A stretch of 53,452 nt of DNA, taken from NCBI GenBank assembly GCA_964426935.1, contig CAYRTW010000003.1:1-53452 (forward strand). The letters are read 5' to 3'. Below, in pieces: positions 39,573 to 47,203 of the stretch. The position numbers and the translations under genes were made by a program. Position 1 is the stretch's first letter. Each line of letters starts with the position of its first letter. The DNA comes from an uncultured Rickettsiales bacterium (lineage in GTDB: Bacteria; Myxococcota_A; UBA796; UBA9615; JAKLKC01). The notes under the pieces are model-generated. The model did no database searches, was not told the origin of the DNA, and saw only the letters and a program-made list of their open reading frames with translations.

Positions 39573-40772
39573 ATGAACATGGAATTCCAACCGATGTCTG
39601 ACGACCCCCGCCTGCGAGTGGAAGCTGCTCTGGAAGAGATCCGCGCCGGGCGCATGGTGATCCTTGTCGATGATGAGGATCGGGAGAACGAGGGGGATCT
39701 GGTGATGGCCGCCTCTCGGGTCACTCCCGAAGCCATCAACTTCATGGCCACCTATGGCAGGGGCCTGATCTGTCTTTCTCTCACCGAAGAGAGGGTTGAC
39801 CACCTGCGCCTGCCCATGATGGTGAGGGACAACACCTCCCGTTACACCACCGCGTTCACCGTCTCGGTGGAAGCGAGACGGGGGGTCAGCACCGGAATTT
39901 CGGCGGCGGATCGGGCCACCACCATCCGTTGTGCCATCGACCCGGAAACCGTGCCCGACGATCTGGTCAGTCCCGGCCACGTTTTTCCTTTGAGGGCGAG
40001 AGATGGTGGGGTGCTGGTGCGCTCCGGACAGACCGAGGGTTCGGTAGATCTGGCTCGGTTGGCAGGGTTCGCTCCGTCGGGGGTGATCTGCGAAATCATG
40101 AACGAAGACGGGACCATGGCCCGCCTTCCTGAACTCAAGGCCTTTGCCAGGCGCCATCATCTTCGCATCCTCACCGTGGCCGATCTCATCGCCCACCGGC
40201 TGAGAACCGAGAGACTCATTCACCTCCAAGCGACCTCCAGCCTTCATACTGCCCACGGTACCTTTCGGGTGAGGGTGTATGGCAACGCCGTCAACGAGCT
40301 TCACTACCTGGCCTTGACCTTGGGAGAATCGCCGTCAGGAGCCTCCTTCGGAGACGAGGTGGTTCCGGTCCGGGTCCACTCCAGCGACGTGTGGGGAGAC
40401 GCTTTTGACGCGCTGAGACGCGACGGAGGCACCCTGCTGGGCCCTTCCCTGCAAGCCCTGGCACGGGTGGGACGGGGAGTTCTTCTCTACATTCTTCGCC
40501 CCTTCAAGGCCCACGATCTCATCCGCCGCCTGGGGGATCACTCCTCCGACGTGGTGAGGATGCAGGACATCGGACCTCTGGTGGTCTCAGAACCCTATCC
40601 AGTGGCTCTTCGGGATTACGGAATCGGTGCACAGGTCCTGGTGGATATTGGGGTGCGCCGTCTTCAACTGCTGACTCACAACGTCAACCTCAAGATTCCC
40701 GGCATTGATGGTTTTGGGCTTGAAGTCGTGGACAGGGTACCCCCCGAATCCGTGGAAGAGGGATCATCGTGA
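39573..40772 (+). CDS. ribBA: RibBA-like protein: DHBP synthase domain fused to a degenerate GTP cyclohydrolase II-like domain
   Basis: N-terminal half has [11 protein letters not shown] and GHVFPL. The C-terminal half aligns to RibA (VRVHS..., [16 protein letters not shown]) but lacks the three Zn-ligand Cys and the EGRGIG segment. Confidence 0.8.
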   Translation: MNMEFQPMSDDPRLRVEAALEEIRAGRMVILVDDEDRENEGDLVMAASRVTPEAINFMATYGRGLICLSLTEERVDHLRLPMMVRDNTSRYTTAFTVSVEARRGVSTGISAADRATTIRCAIDPETVPDDLVSPGHVFPLRARDGGVLVRSGQTEGSVDLARLAGFAPSGVICEIMNEDGTMARLPELKAFARRHHLRILTVADLIAHRLRTERLIHLQATSSLHTAHGTFRVRVYGNAVNELHYLALTLGESPSGASFGDEVVPVRVHSSDVWGDAFDALRRDGGTLLGPSLQALARVGRGVLLYILRPFKAHDLIRRLGDHSSDVVRMQDIGPLVVSEPYPVALRDYGIGAQVLVDIGVRRLQLLTHNVNLKIPGIDGFGLEVVDRVPPESVEEGSS

Positions 40773-40823
40773 TGAAACCGGCAACCAGGCAAGCGGTGGG
40801 CCATGACTGGCGAGGGGTGAGTT

Positions 40824-41273
40824 GTGGGTAATCGTCGCCAGGCCAGAGAGTGTGCCCTTCAAATCCTCTACCCTGCCGACCTGGCCTCCGTCCCTCCCGG
40901 AGACGGGGAGAGCCTGTTCTGGGAGGATCAGGAAGAGCAGAGTCCACCCGCAGAAGTCGTGGAGTTCACCCACCGCATCGTGCGCGGGGTGTGGGAGAAC
41001 CGTCGCCGTATTGACGGGATCATCGAACAGTTTTCGGTGAACTGGAAGATGTCTCGGATGCCCTGCGTGGATCGCAACGTGCTGCGAATTGGCGTCTACG
41101 AGTTCCTTCACTGCCCGGATATTCCGGTGATGGTCACCATCAACGAGGCCATTGAGCTGGGCAAGGCCTACTCCACCAAGGAGTCCGGGGCGTTCATCAA
41201 CGGCATCCTGGACCGGATCGCCCGTCAAGTGGAGTTCAAGAAGACCGACAACCGCCGCCCCAGTGGGGGCTGA
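40824..41273 (+). CDS. nusB: Transcription antitermination factor NusB
   Basis: GNRRQARECALQILY N-terminus and NGILDRI C-terminal motif. GTG start. Lies at the usual position after the rib genes. Confidence 0.88.
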   Translation: MGNRRQARECALQILYPADLASVPPGDGESLFWEDQEEQSPPAEVVEFTHRIVRGVWENRRRIDGIIEQFSVNWKMSRMPCVDRNVLRIGVYEFLHCPDIPVMVTINEAIELGKAYSTKESGAFINGILDRIARQVEFKKTDNRRPSGG

Positions 41274-41280
41274 GGGGACC

Positions 41281-41838
41281 ATGCGTTTGGATGTGAGCCT
41301 GTCTCGGGGTCCCATCGACCGGGTGGAGGGGGCGGAATCGGCGGCCTGCGGGATCTTCGCCGACGAAAGGCCTCTCCGGGATTCCTGCGGATGGATCGAT
41401 TGGAGGATGAACGGAGCCTTGTCGCGCCTCCTCCTTCAAGAGAGGTTTGCCGGGGCCTTTGGAGAGAATCTCCTGACTGCCACCCAAGGGCGCCTTCCCT
41501 TCCGGCGAGTGTTCCTGTTTGGATTGGGGAGCAGTGCTGCTTTTGATGCAAGGGCCTGCGCCCAGGCAGTGCAGCATGTCGCCCAGACCCTGGCAGGGGC
41601 AGGAGCGTCGGAGATCGTCTTGGATCCGGTGGATCTGATCAGGGGGCGCATCCCCCTGTCGACTGGGCTCTCCCTGTTGGTGGATGGGCTTTCAGCAACG
41701 GCGGCGCGGATGGAGGATCCCGACCGGGCTCTTCGCCTGGTGCTCCTTGCCGACTCTTCTCGGGAAGAAGAATTGCGACGGATTTTGAGTCGCCCGGTCT
41801 CTCGTCCCGGGCATCCCGTTCAGGTCGATCTTTCCTGA
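41281..41838 (+). CDS. Hypothetical protein (possibly like the N-terminal domain of M17 aminopeptidases; weak)
   Basis: ATG 8 nt after the nusB stop. 185 aa with no signal peptide. The tracked ORF from 41152 overlaps nusB and is an over-extension. Confidence 0.45.
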   Translation: MRLDVSLSRGPIDRVEGAESAACGIFADERPLRDSCGWIDWRMNGALSRLLLQERFAGAFGENLLTATQGRLPFRRVFLFGLGSSAAFDARACAQAVQHVAQTLAGAGASEIVLDPVDLIRGRIPLSTGLSLLVDGLSATAARMEDPDRALRLVLLADSSREEELRRILSRPVSRPGHPVQVDLS

Positions 41839-41847
41839 TTCCGGAGA

Positions 41848-42549
41848 GTGAGAGTGGATCCTTCCTGGGAGCGGTGGCTCCATCTCCTGTGGGCGTTCCC
41901 CTTGGTGGCGGTGGTTCACGAGGCCGGTCACGGGCTGATGGGGCGCCTCGTCGGCTTCTACGTTGCGGCGGCGGGAGTAGGCAGCGGCCCCCCCTACCTT
42001 CTGCTTCCCCTGGGGAAAACCTTCAATCTTTTCATCGGCGTGAATCCCTTGGGAGGAGGGGCGACGGTAGCCTTTCCCGCCCGCCCCGCCATGGGGCGCA
42101 CCGCCCAGGCCCTCTATCACTACGGTGGTGTCCTGGCGCAGTTCGCTTTTCATGGAGCGTTGATGTTGGGGTGGGTGGGGGATCCGGATGCCTCACGCTG
42201 GGTGCGCCCTCTGCTGATGGTCAACGGCATCACGGCGGCGGCGAATCTCCTCCCCTTCCGCATGGGGTGGGGGAGTCGTCTTCTGCAGACCGATGGCGCC
42301 TTGGGAGCAGAGGCCTTGGGAGGGCGGGGTCTGGCCGAACTGCCGGCTCCCCAGGTGGTGGCGGCCCTGGCCAGGGAGGCCCGGCCCCGGGTCGGCACTG
42401 CGGTGGGGAATTACGTTCTGGATCTCTGCATCGCTGCCTCAGGGCATCCCCTTCCCCCCGGCTTTCGTTGGGATTCCCCTCCTCCCCCTGGGACTCCCGC
42501 CATCTATGTGGAGAGGCGTCGATTGGAAGAGATCCGTGAAGGGAGGTGA
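41848..42549 (+). CDS. Small M50/site-2-protease-like membrane metalloprotease
   Basis: HEAGH (HExxH) inside a TM segment, plus a downstream NLLPF...DG motif (the second M50 signature). Several hydrophobic helices. Confidence 0.55.
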   Translation: MRVDPSWERWLHLLWAFPLVAVVHEAGHGLMGRLVGFYVAAAGVGSGPPYLLLPLGKTFNLFIGVNPLGGGATVAFPARPAMGRTAQALYHYGGVLAQFAFHGALMLGWVGDPDASRWVRPLLMVNGITAAANLLPFRMGWGSRLLQTDGALGAEALGGRGLAELPAPQVVAALAREARPRVGTAVGNYVLDLCIAASGHPLPPGFRWDSPPPPGTPAIYVERRRLEEIREGR

Positions 42550-42671
42550 GTGCATAACCATGCACGAATGGTGTAAATATTTGCGCAGCGCATGAAATTG
42601 CGCTTCCCGAAAGCCTCTCTCCCCCCGATTTTCTGCCTTGCGCATGACTCGTCATCCTGTATCTATTTAGG

Positions 42672-43137
42672 ATTATTAATAAATTTTTATTTTCCACAAA
42701 AACTGCGCCGCGCCCCGAGCTGGCGCGATCCGTGCTCCAAGTGGTGGCAGCGCGAGGCAAGGAGACAAACCCCACGACGGGGTACGGAGTGAGCGGAACA
42801 GCCAGGATGGCCTCGGCAGGATGCCCGCAGCCAGGAGGCTGTGCCCCAAGAGGGGAGCCCGGGATGGGCGTGATGTTTTCGGCTGCTTTGTGGTGTCTTC
42901 TGCATCGGCGGCGTTCGGTTTCAGGAAGAGCTCTCATCCATGAAGCGATGGACGAAAGGTCCGGGGGCTGGAAGCCTCGGTGCGTAGTGAGGTCAGGAGG
43001 ACCTCGACCTCGGGCAGCGCGCCATGACGGCGTGCCAGCGTCCAGGAAGGGCGTGGCAGTTCGTGCTGCGGTGGCGGCCGCAGTCGAGCAATGAAGGGGC
43101 CGCGTTGGCAGTAACCAGCGCGGCCCCTTTCATTTTT
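42672..43137 (+). ncRNA. Candidate structured non-coding RNA, class unknown and ends unknown
   Basis: An ORF-poor 580-nt spacer between convergent genes. An AT-rich island with a promoter-like TTGCGC-N16-TATCTA (42638-42665) is followed by ~400 nt of hairpin-dense GC-rich sequence, then a 15-bp hairpin plus T-tract at 43094-43137. Confidence 0.3.
43094..43137. terminator. Strong intrinsic-terminator-like hairpin, possibly bidirectional
   Basis: AAGGGGCCGCGTTGG-CAGTAA-CCAGCGCGGCCCCTT forms a ~15-bp stem. It is followed on the + strand by TCATTTTTC. On the - strand it starts directly after the rfbF stop and is followed by the weaker TTCATTGCT. Confidence 0.7.
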
Positions 43138-43921
43138 CAGGCCTCTGCCAGGGGCGTATTCCCGCCTCCCACATGCGGTTGATTTCCAGATAGTCTCGGT
43201 AGGTGTCTACGCTGAACCAGAATCCGTCGTGCCCGTATGCCATCAGCTCACCCTGATTGGCCAGCTTCTCCATGGGCGCCCCTTCAAACGCGCCATCATC
43301 GTCCAGCAGGTCTACGACCCGCCTGTCCAGTACGAAAAATCCGCCCGACACCATGCCGTCGAGTTGGGGCTTTTCGCGAAAGCGGGTGACCAGGCCGGAC
43401 TCGTTCGTCTCCAGGACTCCGAAGCGGCTGACCGGACGCAGGCCGGTGACGGTGGCCATCCGGCCATGCTGGCGGTGAAAGCGGAGGAGGGCCTGGGCAT
43501 CAATGTCCGATACTCCATCCCCATAGGTCAGCATGAAGGTGTCACCACGGATGTGGCGGGCCAGGCGCAGGACACGCCCTCCGGTAGGGGTGTTTTCGCC
43601 GGTATCGACAAAGGTGATCTCCCAACCGGAGATATCCAATTCGCCATGCCAAGTGATTCCCCCACCATCTCCGGGAAGGAAGGTGAAGTCCTCTGTAAAG
43701 GCCCTGTAGTTGAGAAACCAGTCGCGGATGACATGTCCCTTGAAACCCAAGGCCAGCACAAAGGAACGAAATCCTTGAGCGGCATAGCTCTGCATGATGT
43801 GCCATAGGAGGGGGCGCCCTCCCACTTCCACCATGGGCTTGGGACGGAACTCGGTCTCCTCCTTGAGCCGGGTGCCCTGACCACCACACAAAATCACCAC
43901 TCGGGGCAACAGGTCACTCAT
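43130..43921 (-). CDS. rfbF: Glucose-1-phosphate cytidylyltransferase
   Basis: VVILCGGQGTRLKEETEFRPKPMVEVGGRPLLWHIM matches the RfbF/DdhA N-terminus. ATG at 43921 overlaps the upstream stop (ATGA). The tracked 410-aa ORF is an over-extension. Confidence 0.85.
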   Translation of the reverse strand: MSDLLPRVVILCGGQGTRLKEETEFRPKPMVEVGGRPLLWHIMQSYAAQGFRSFVLALGFKGHVIRDWFLNYRAFTEDFTFLPGDGGGITWHGELDISGWEITFVDTGENTPTGGRVLRLARHIRGDTFMLTYGDGVSDIDAQALLRFHRQHGRMATVTGLRPVSRFGVLETNESGLVTRFREKPQLDGMVSGGFFVLDRRVVDLLDDDGAFEGAPMEKLANQGELMAYGHDGFWFSVDTYRDYLEINRMWEAGIRPWQRPEK

Positions 43922-44619
43922 GGCCAACCTTTGAGCCGCCAGATCAGCAGATGGCGGGCAAATTCCATTACCGTGGACATCCGAACCTTGGAACGGCCAT
44001 GGGCGCGAGCGTGAAACACCGAGTCCACCTCTCCAATGCGAAGCCCCAAGCGCCGGGCACGAATCATGATCTCTGGATCGAGAAACCAATCCTTGGACTG
44101 GGGTTGGAGGCGCTCCCAAGCCGAGGCAGTAAACAGCTTGGGGCAGCCGTTGGCATCCCGGGTTCCAACGGGAAAAAGCAGAGGAAGAACGGCATTGTAG
44201 GTGCGTGTGGTGAGGAGTCGAGTCAGGCCGTCGTGCCTCTCGATGCGGCGGGCTTTGCACATGTCCAAGTCCATGGCCAGCATCTGGCGGTAGCACTCGA
44301 AGGCCACCTCGGGGCGGATCTGCCCATCTCCCCACATGTAGCCCCGAATGGCACCCCGGCAAATCCCCATCCCGGCAAGGATCCCGCCGCCATATCCCAG
44401 GTTGGAGGCGAGATGGAGGGCTTCCACGGCGGGGAAGGAGGAGGCCAACTCGTCTATGACCTCTCCGGTGCGATCCGTGCTGCCATTGTTCACCAACACC
44501 ACCTGAAGGAGGAGCTTCGACGAAGAAGCGGCGTCCATCAGGCCCTGGGTCAACGCCGCCACGTTCCCCTCCTCGTTATAGAGGGGGATGGCCAGGGAGA
44601 GATGGGGAGAAGGGTTCAG
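43918..44619 (-). CDS. Family 2 glycosyltransferase (Dpm1/polyprenol-phosphate glycosyltransferase-like); probable non-canonical CTG or ATT start
   Basis: GT2 motifs LSLAIPLYNEEGN, NNGSTDRT and a DxD-like WGDGQ. The conserved N-terminal strand lies upstream of the first ATG/GTG/TTG (44562) in an open frame. CTG at 44619-44617 overlaps the rnhB stop and follows GGGGGA. Confidence 0.65.
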   Translation of the reverse strand: MNPSPHLSLAIPLYNEEGNVAALTQGLMDAASSSKLLLQVVLVNNGSTDRTGEVIDELASSFPAVEALHLASNLGYGGGILAGMGICRGAIRGYMWGDGQIRPEVAFECYRQMLAMDLDMCKARRIERHDGLTRLLTTRTYNAVLPLLFPVGTRDANGCPKLFTASAWERLQPQSKDWFLDPEIMIRARRLGLRIGEVDSVFHARAHGRSKVRMSTVMEFARHLLIWRLKGWP

Positions 44620-45263
44620 AACAATTCCCCCTGTCGGTGTGTCCCGGCGATATTCTGCAACGTTTTCCAGCGAGTTCGCACGCAGGAGGGGAGGGGTGTT
44701 CCTTGGCTCAAGCAGTCGGCCAGAAAAGCCCTGGTGCGGGGGTCGCTGGGATATCCTGAGCCGATATCTCCATGGAGGAGGCGAAGGTTGGCGATGTGAG
44801 CATCCCGCCGCAACTTGGCGAGGATGGAGGCGGCCCCCACCGCAGGATACCGATCTTCGGCCTGATTCTCTGCGGTGATTTGCGGGGGAGCCAGGGGGCC
44901 CAAGGCAGTGGCGAGGCGAAGGGCATAGGCAACACAGAAAGCTCCCTGAACCGGGGCGTCCAGCTGAACCTGGTGAGGAGACGTGGCAGAGATCATCTCC
45001 AACGTTGCTTGAAACCCCAGGTCGTTGAGGTTCCCCCCATCCAGGACGGAAGGGGGAAACTCCCGAATCTCGACCCGATGGGCCAGGTCGTACAGATCCC
45101 TTTCCATCCCTTCCCGCCGAGAAGGACTCAATGCCTTGGAGTCCCTGGCTCCCAGGCGAACCAGCTCTGCCAGGCGGGACTCTTCCACCTGATAGCCCAC
45201 CACCACCATGGGGCCCAGCACACAGCCGCGCCCCGCTTCATCAATGCCCAGAATCGTTCGCAT
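44616..45263 (-). CDS. rnhB: Ribonuclease HII
   Basis: ILGIDEAGRGCVLGPMVV (the DEAGRG catalytic motif) and DSK motif. Confidence 0.9.
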   Translation of the reverse strand: MRTILGIDEAGRGCVLGPMVVVGYQVEESRLAELVRLGARDSKALSPSRREGMERDLYDLAHRVEIREFPPSVLDGGNLNDLGFQATLEMISATSPHQVQLDAPVQGAFCVAYALRLATALGPLAPPQITAENQAEDRYPAVGAASILAKLRRDAHIANLRLLHGDIGSGYPSDPRTRAFLADCLSQGTPLPSCVRTRWKTLQNIAGTHRQGELF

Positions 45264-45325
45264 GAGGCTCTGATTCTACTCAGGAATCCCCCCTCTGTCC
45301 CCGCCTCGCCGCCAAAGGAAAGACT

Positions 45326-45355
45326 TTGACACCCCCCCAGGTGTGCGCCTATCAT
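45326..45355 (+). promoter_or_regulatory. Sigma70-like promoter of the lipoprotein operon, with a C7 tract in the spacer
   Basis: TTGACA (45326-45331), 18-nt spacer beginning CCCCCCC, TATCAT (45350-45355), about 80 nt upstream of the ATG at 45435. Confidence 0.45.
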
Positions 45356-45434
45356 CGCTTTGGCCCATTCAGGGCTGGTCGTTGTGCGCTCGGGAGATGG
45401 TCATCATCCCCAGGCCCAGGCCGAGGATGCGGCG

Positions 45435-47192
45435 ATGAAACGCTGGCTGCTTCTCCTTCTCGCCCTCACGTCCCTTTCGCCCGTGCTGTCCGGGTGTACC
45501 GCCCCAGGCACGGAGACTCCCGAGAGGATCGCCCTGGTGCGCTTGGACAACACCGCCGGGGGACAGGGGATGGCCATGGAGGTGATTCTCCGAGGGACCG
45601 CCACCACCTGGTCCAGCGATTCTCCTCAACTGGACATGGGGGAAGGCATTGAGGTCGGAGGGGTCACCGTTTCCGGGGACACCTATGCCACCGCCCAGAT
45701 CGTCATTGCCGCTGACGCCACCTTGGGGAGGCGGGATGTGACCGTGCAATGGGGGGGGGATGAAGTGGTGATCGAGGATGGGTTCGTGGTCCAAACGGGA
45801 GGAATCACCATCGATCCTGCTTATGGACGATTGGGAGAGACGGTAGAGGTCACCCTGACCGGCATCAATACCGCCTTCCAGGATGGCTACACTCAGGCGA
45901 GCTTTGGTGAGGGGGTATACGTGGATGCAGTGGTGGTCGCTTCTACAACTCTGGCCACGGCCACCATCTCCATCGAGCCCAGCGCCTCTCCCGGTTTCAG
46001 GGATGTCACCGTGTTCAACGGCAGCAATGCCTGGACGGCTCCCCAGGCCTTCCAGATCGACCGGGCGGCGGTGACCGTCACCTTCGATCCCGACCAGGGT
46101 TCCCAGGGCCAGACGTTGGACTTCACCATGTTTGGCACCAACACCACCTTTGAAGAGGGGATGACCAGTGTCTACCTGGGGCCCGATATCGAAATCGATT
46201 TCGTGGATGTCATCGACCCGGTAAACGCCTTCGGTCGGATGCACATCAGCAACGCCGCCGAGATCGGGATGAGAGACGTGATCATCACTTCCGCCGATGA
46301 AGTCCTGACCATTCATGACGGATTCGAGGTGCTGGAGACCCCGGTGAACCTGGACCTGGTGCAGGTATCGTTGGGCATGTCGGTCAGCCGCAACATCGTG
46401 GCCGAGGACTGCTCTGTGGAAGAGAGTGTGTCGGCGTCGGTGGTGTTCTATCAGCCCCTGGATATCTCTTGTGGACCCCCTCCCATCATGGCCTTCCCCT
46501 ATGACAACGAATACAACTTCGATGTCTCCACCGACTATCAGGACTGCCCCTCTCCCCGCACCTTCGACGCCGGAGAGGAGGTGTACTTCGTTTCCCTGGA
46601 CAACACCCTGACCATCACCCTCTCTCGTTACGTGGATTCCTATTCGGGCTTCACCTACTACGTCCCCAGCTACGAATTGACCCTGGAGGATCACCCCTTC
46701 AACACCCCCTTCCGCCTGGAGGTGCCCGGATCCGACGATCCCGAACAGGTCCCCGCTTTCACCTGCGATGACTGCATCAACGCCGAAACCGGAGCGCCCC
46801 TGGACAACGGAGTGATCTTCACCACCATTCCCAAGGACATCACCCTGGTGTCTCCCCTTCTGTGCGACAACTTTGTTCATGATCCTCACGAGTCCTTGGG
46901 AGTGGAATGGACCATTGGGGAGACCTACGACGTAGCGGGGCTGTCCCTGGTGCTCCAGACCAGTGATGAAACCGGATACAGCCGGTTTCTCCTGGTGATC
47001 CCCTGGGATGATGGGTACTGGCAGTGGGACCCTGATCAACTGGCCTTGATCCCCGAGGGGAGCGGTACCCTGGCCCTTGCCGATGGTCGTGCCGACGTCC
47101 CCGAGTTCTACCTGCCCTTCGGATCCGGGGGAAAGAACCAGGCCAGCACCGGTCTGGGGTGGGCTGGCTCCATGTCCTTGAGGTCCCAGTGA
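45435..47192 (+). CDS. Lipoprotein with three tandem ~90-aa Ig-like repeats and a Cys-containing C-terminal domain
   Basis: Signal and lipobox MKRWLLLLLALTSLSPVLSGC. Repeats share the pattern G-x-G-I/V-x-V...A-x-I-x-I...G-x-RDVTV. Confidence 0.6.
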   Translation: MKRWLLLLLALTSLSPVLSGCTAPGTETPERIALVRLDNTAGGQGMAMEVILRGTATTWSSDSPQLDMGEGIEVGGVTVSGDTYATAQIVIAADATLGRRDVTVQWGGDEVVIEDGFVVQTGGITIDPAYGRLGETVEVTLTGINTAFQDGYTQASFGEGVYVDAVVVASTTLATATISIEPSASPGFRDVTVFNGSNAWTAPQAFQIDRAAVTVTFDPDQGSQGQTLDFTMFGTNTTFEEGMTSVYLGPDIEIDFVDVIDPVNAFGRMHISNAAEIGMRDVIITSADEVLTIHDGFEVLETPVNLDLVQVSLGMSVSRNIVAEDCSVEESVSASVVFYQPLDISCGPPPIMAFPYDNEYNFDVSTDYQDCPSPRTFDAGEEVYFVSLDNTLTITLSRYVDSYSGFTYYVPSYELTLEDHPFNTPFRLEVPGSDDPEQVPAFTCDDCINAETGAPLDNGVIFTTIPKDITLVSPLLCDNFVHDPHESLGVEWTIGETYDVAGLSLVLQTSDETGYSRFLLVIPWDDGYWQWDPDQLALIPEGSGTLALADGRADVPEFYLPFGSGGKNQASTGLGWAGSMSLRSQ

Positions 47193-47203
47193 ATCCTTCG
47201 TTC

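Noticed and set aside
42638-42690. A dif/XerCD recombination site in the AT-rich island (TTGCGCAT... and TTATTAATAAAT resemble parts of GGTGCGCATAATGTATATTATGTTAAAT).
   Set aside because: The two arm-like pieces are not spaced as 11-6-11. The XerD-arm match is poor, and a dcw-proximal location is unusual for a terminus site.
42700-43094. Identification of the ORF-free region as RNase P RNA, tmRNA, SRP/4.5S RNA or 6S RNA.
   Set aside because: GACGAAAGGTCCGGGGGCTGG (about 42950) only loosely resembles the RNase P GAGGAAAGTCCGGGCTC box. It lies too close to the 3' end, and no ACAGAACCCGGCTTA partner is present on either strand. There is no GGATTCGACGGG or tRNA-like CCA end for tmRNA. Resemblance to the SRP domain IV AGGTCCGGAAGGAAGCAGCC is partial. 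No call can be made by eye; a covariance-model scan is needed.
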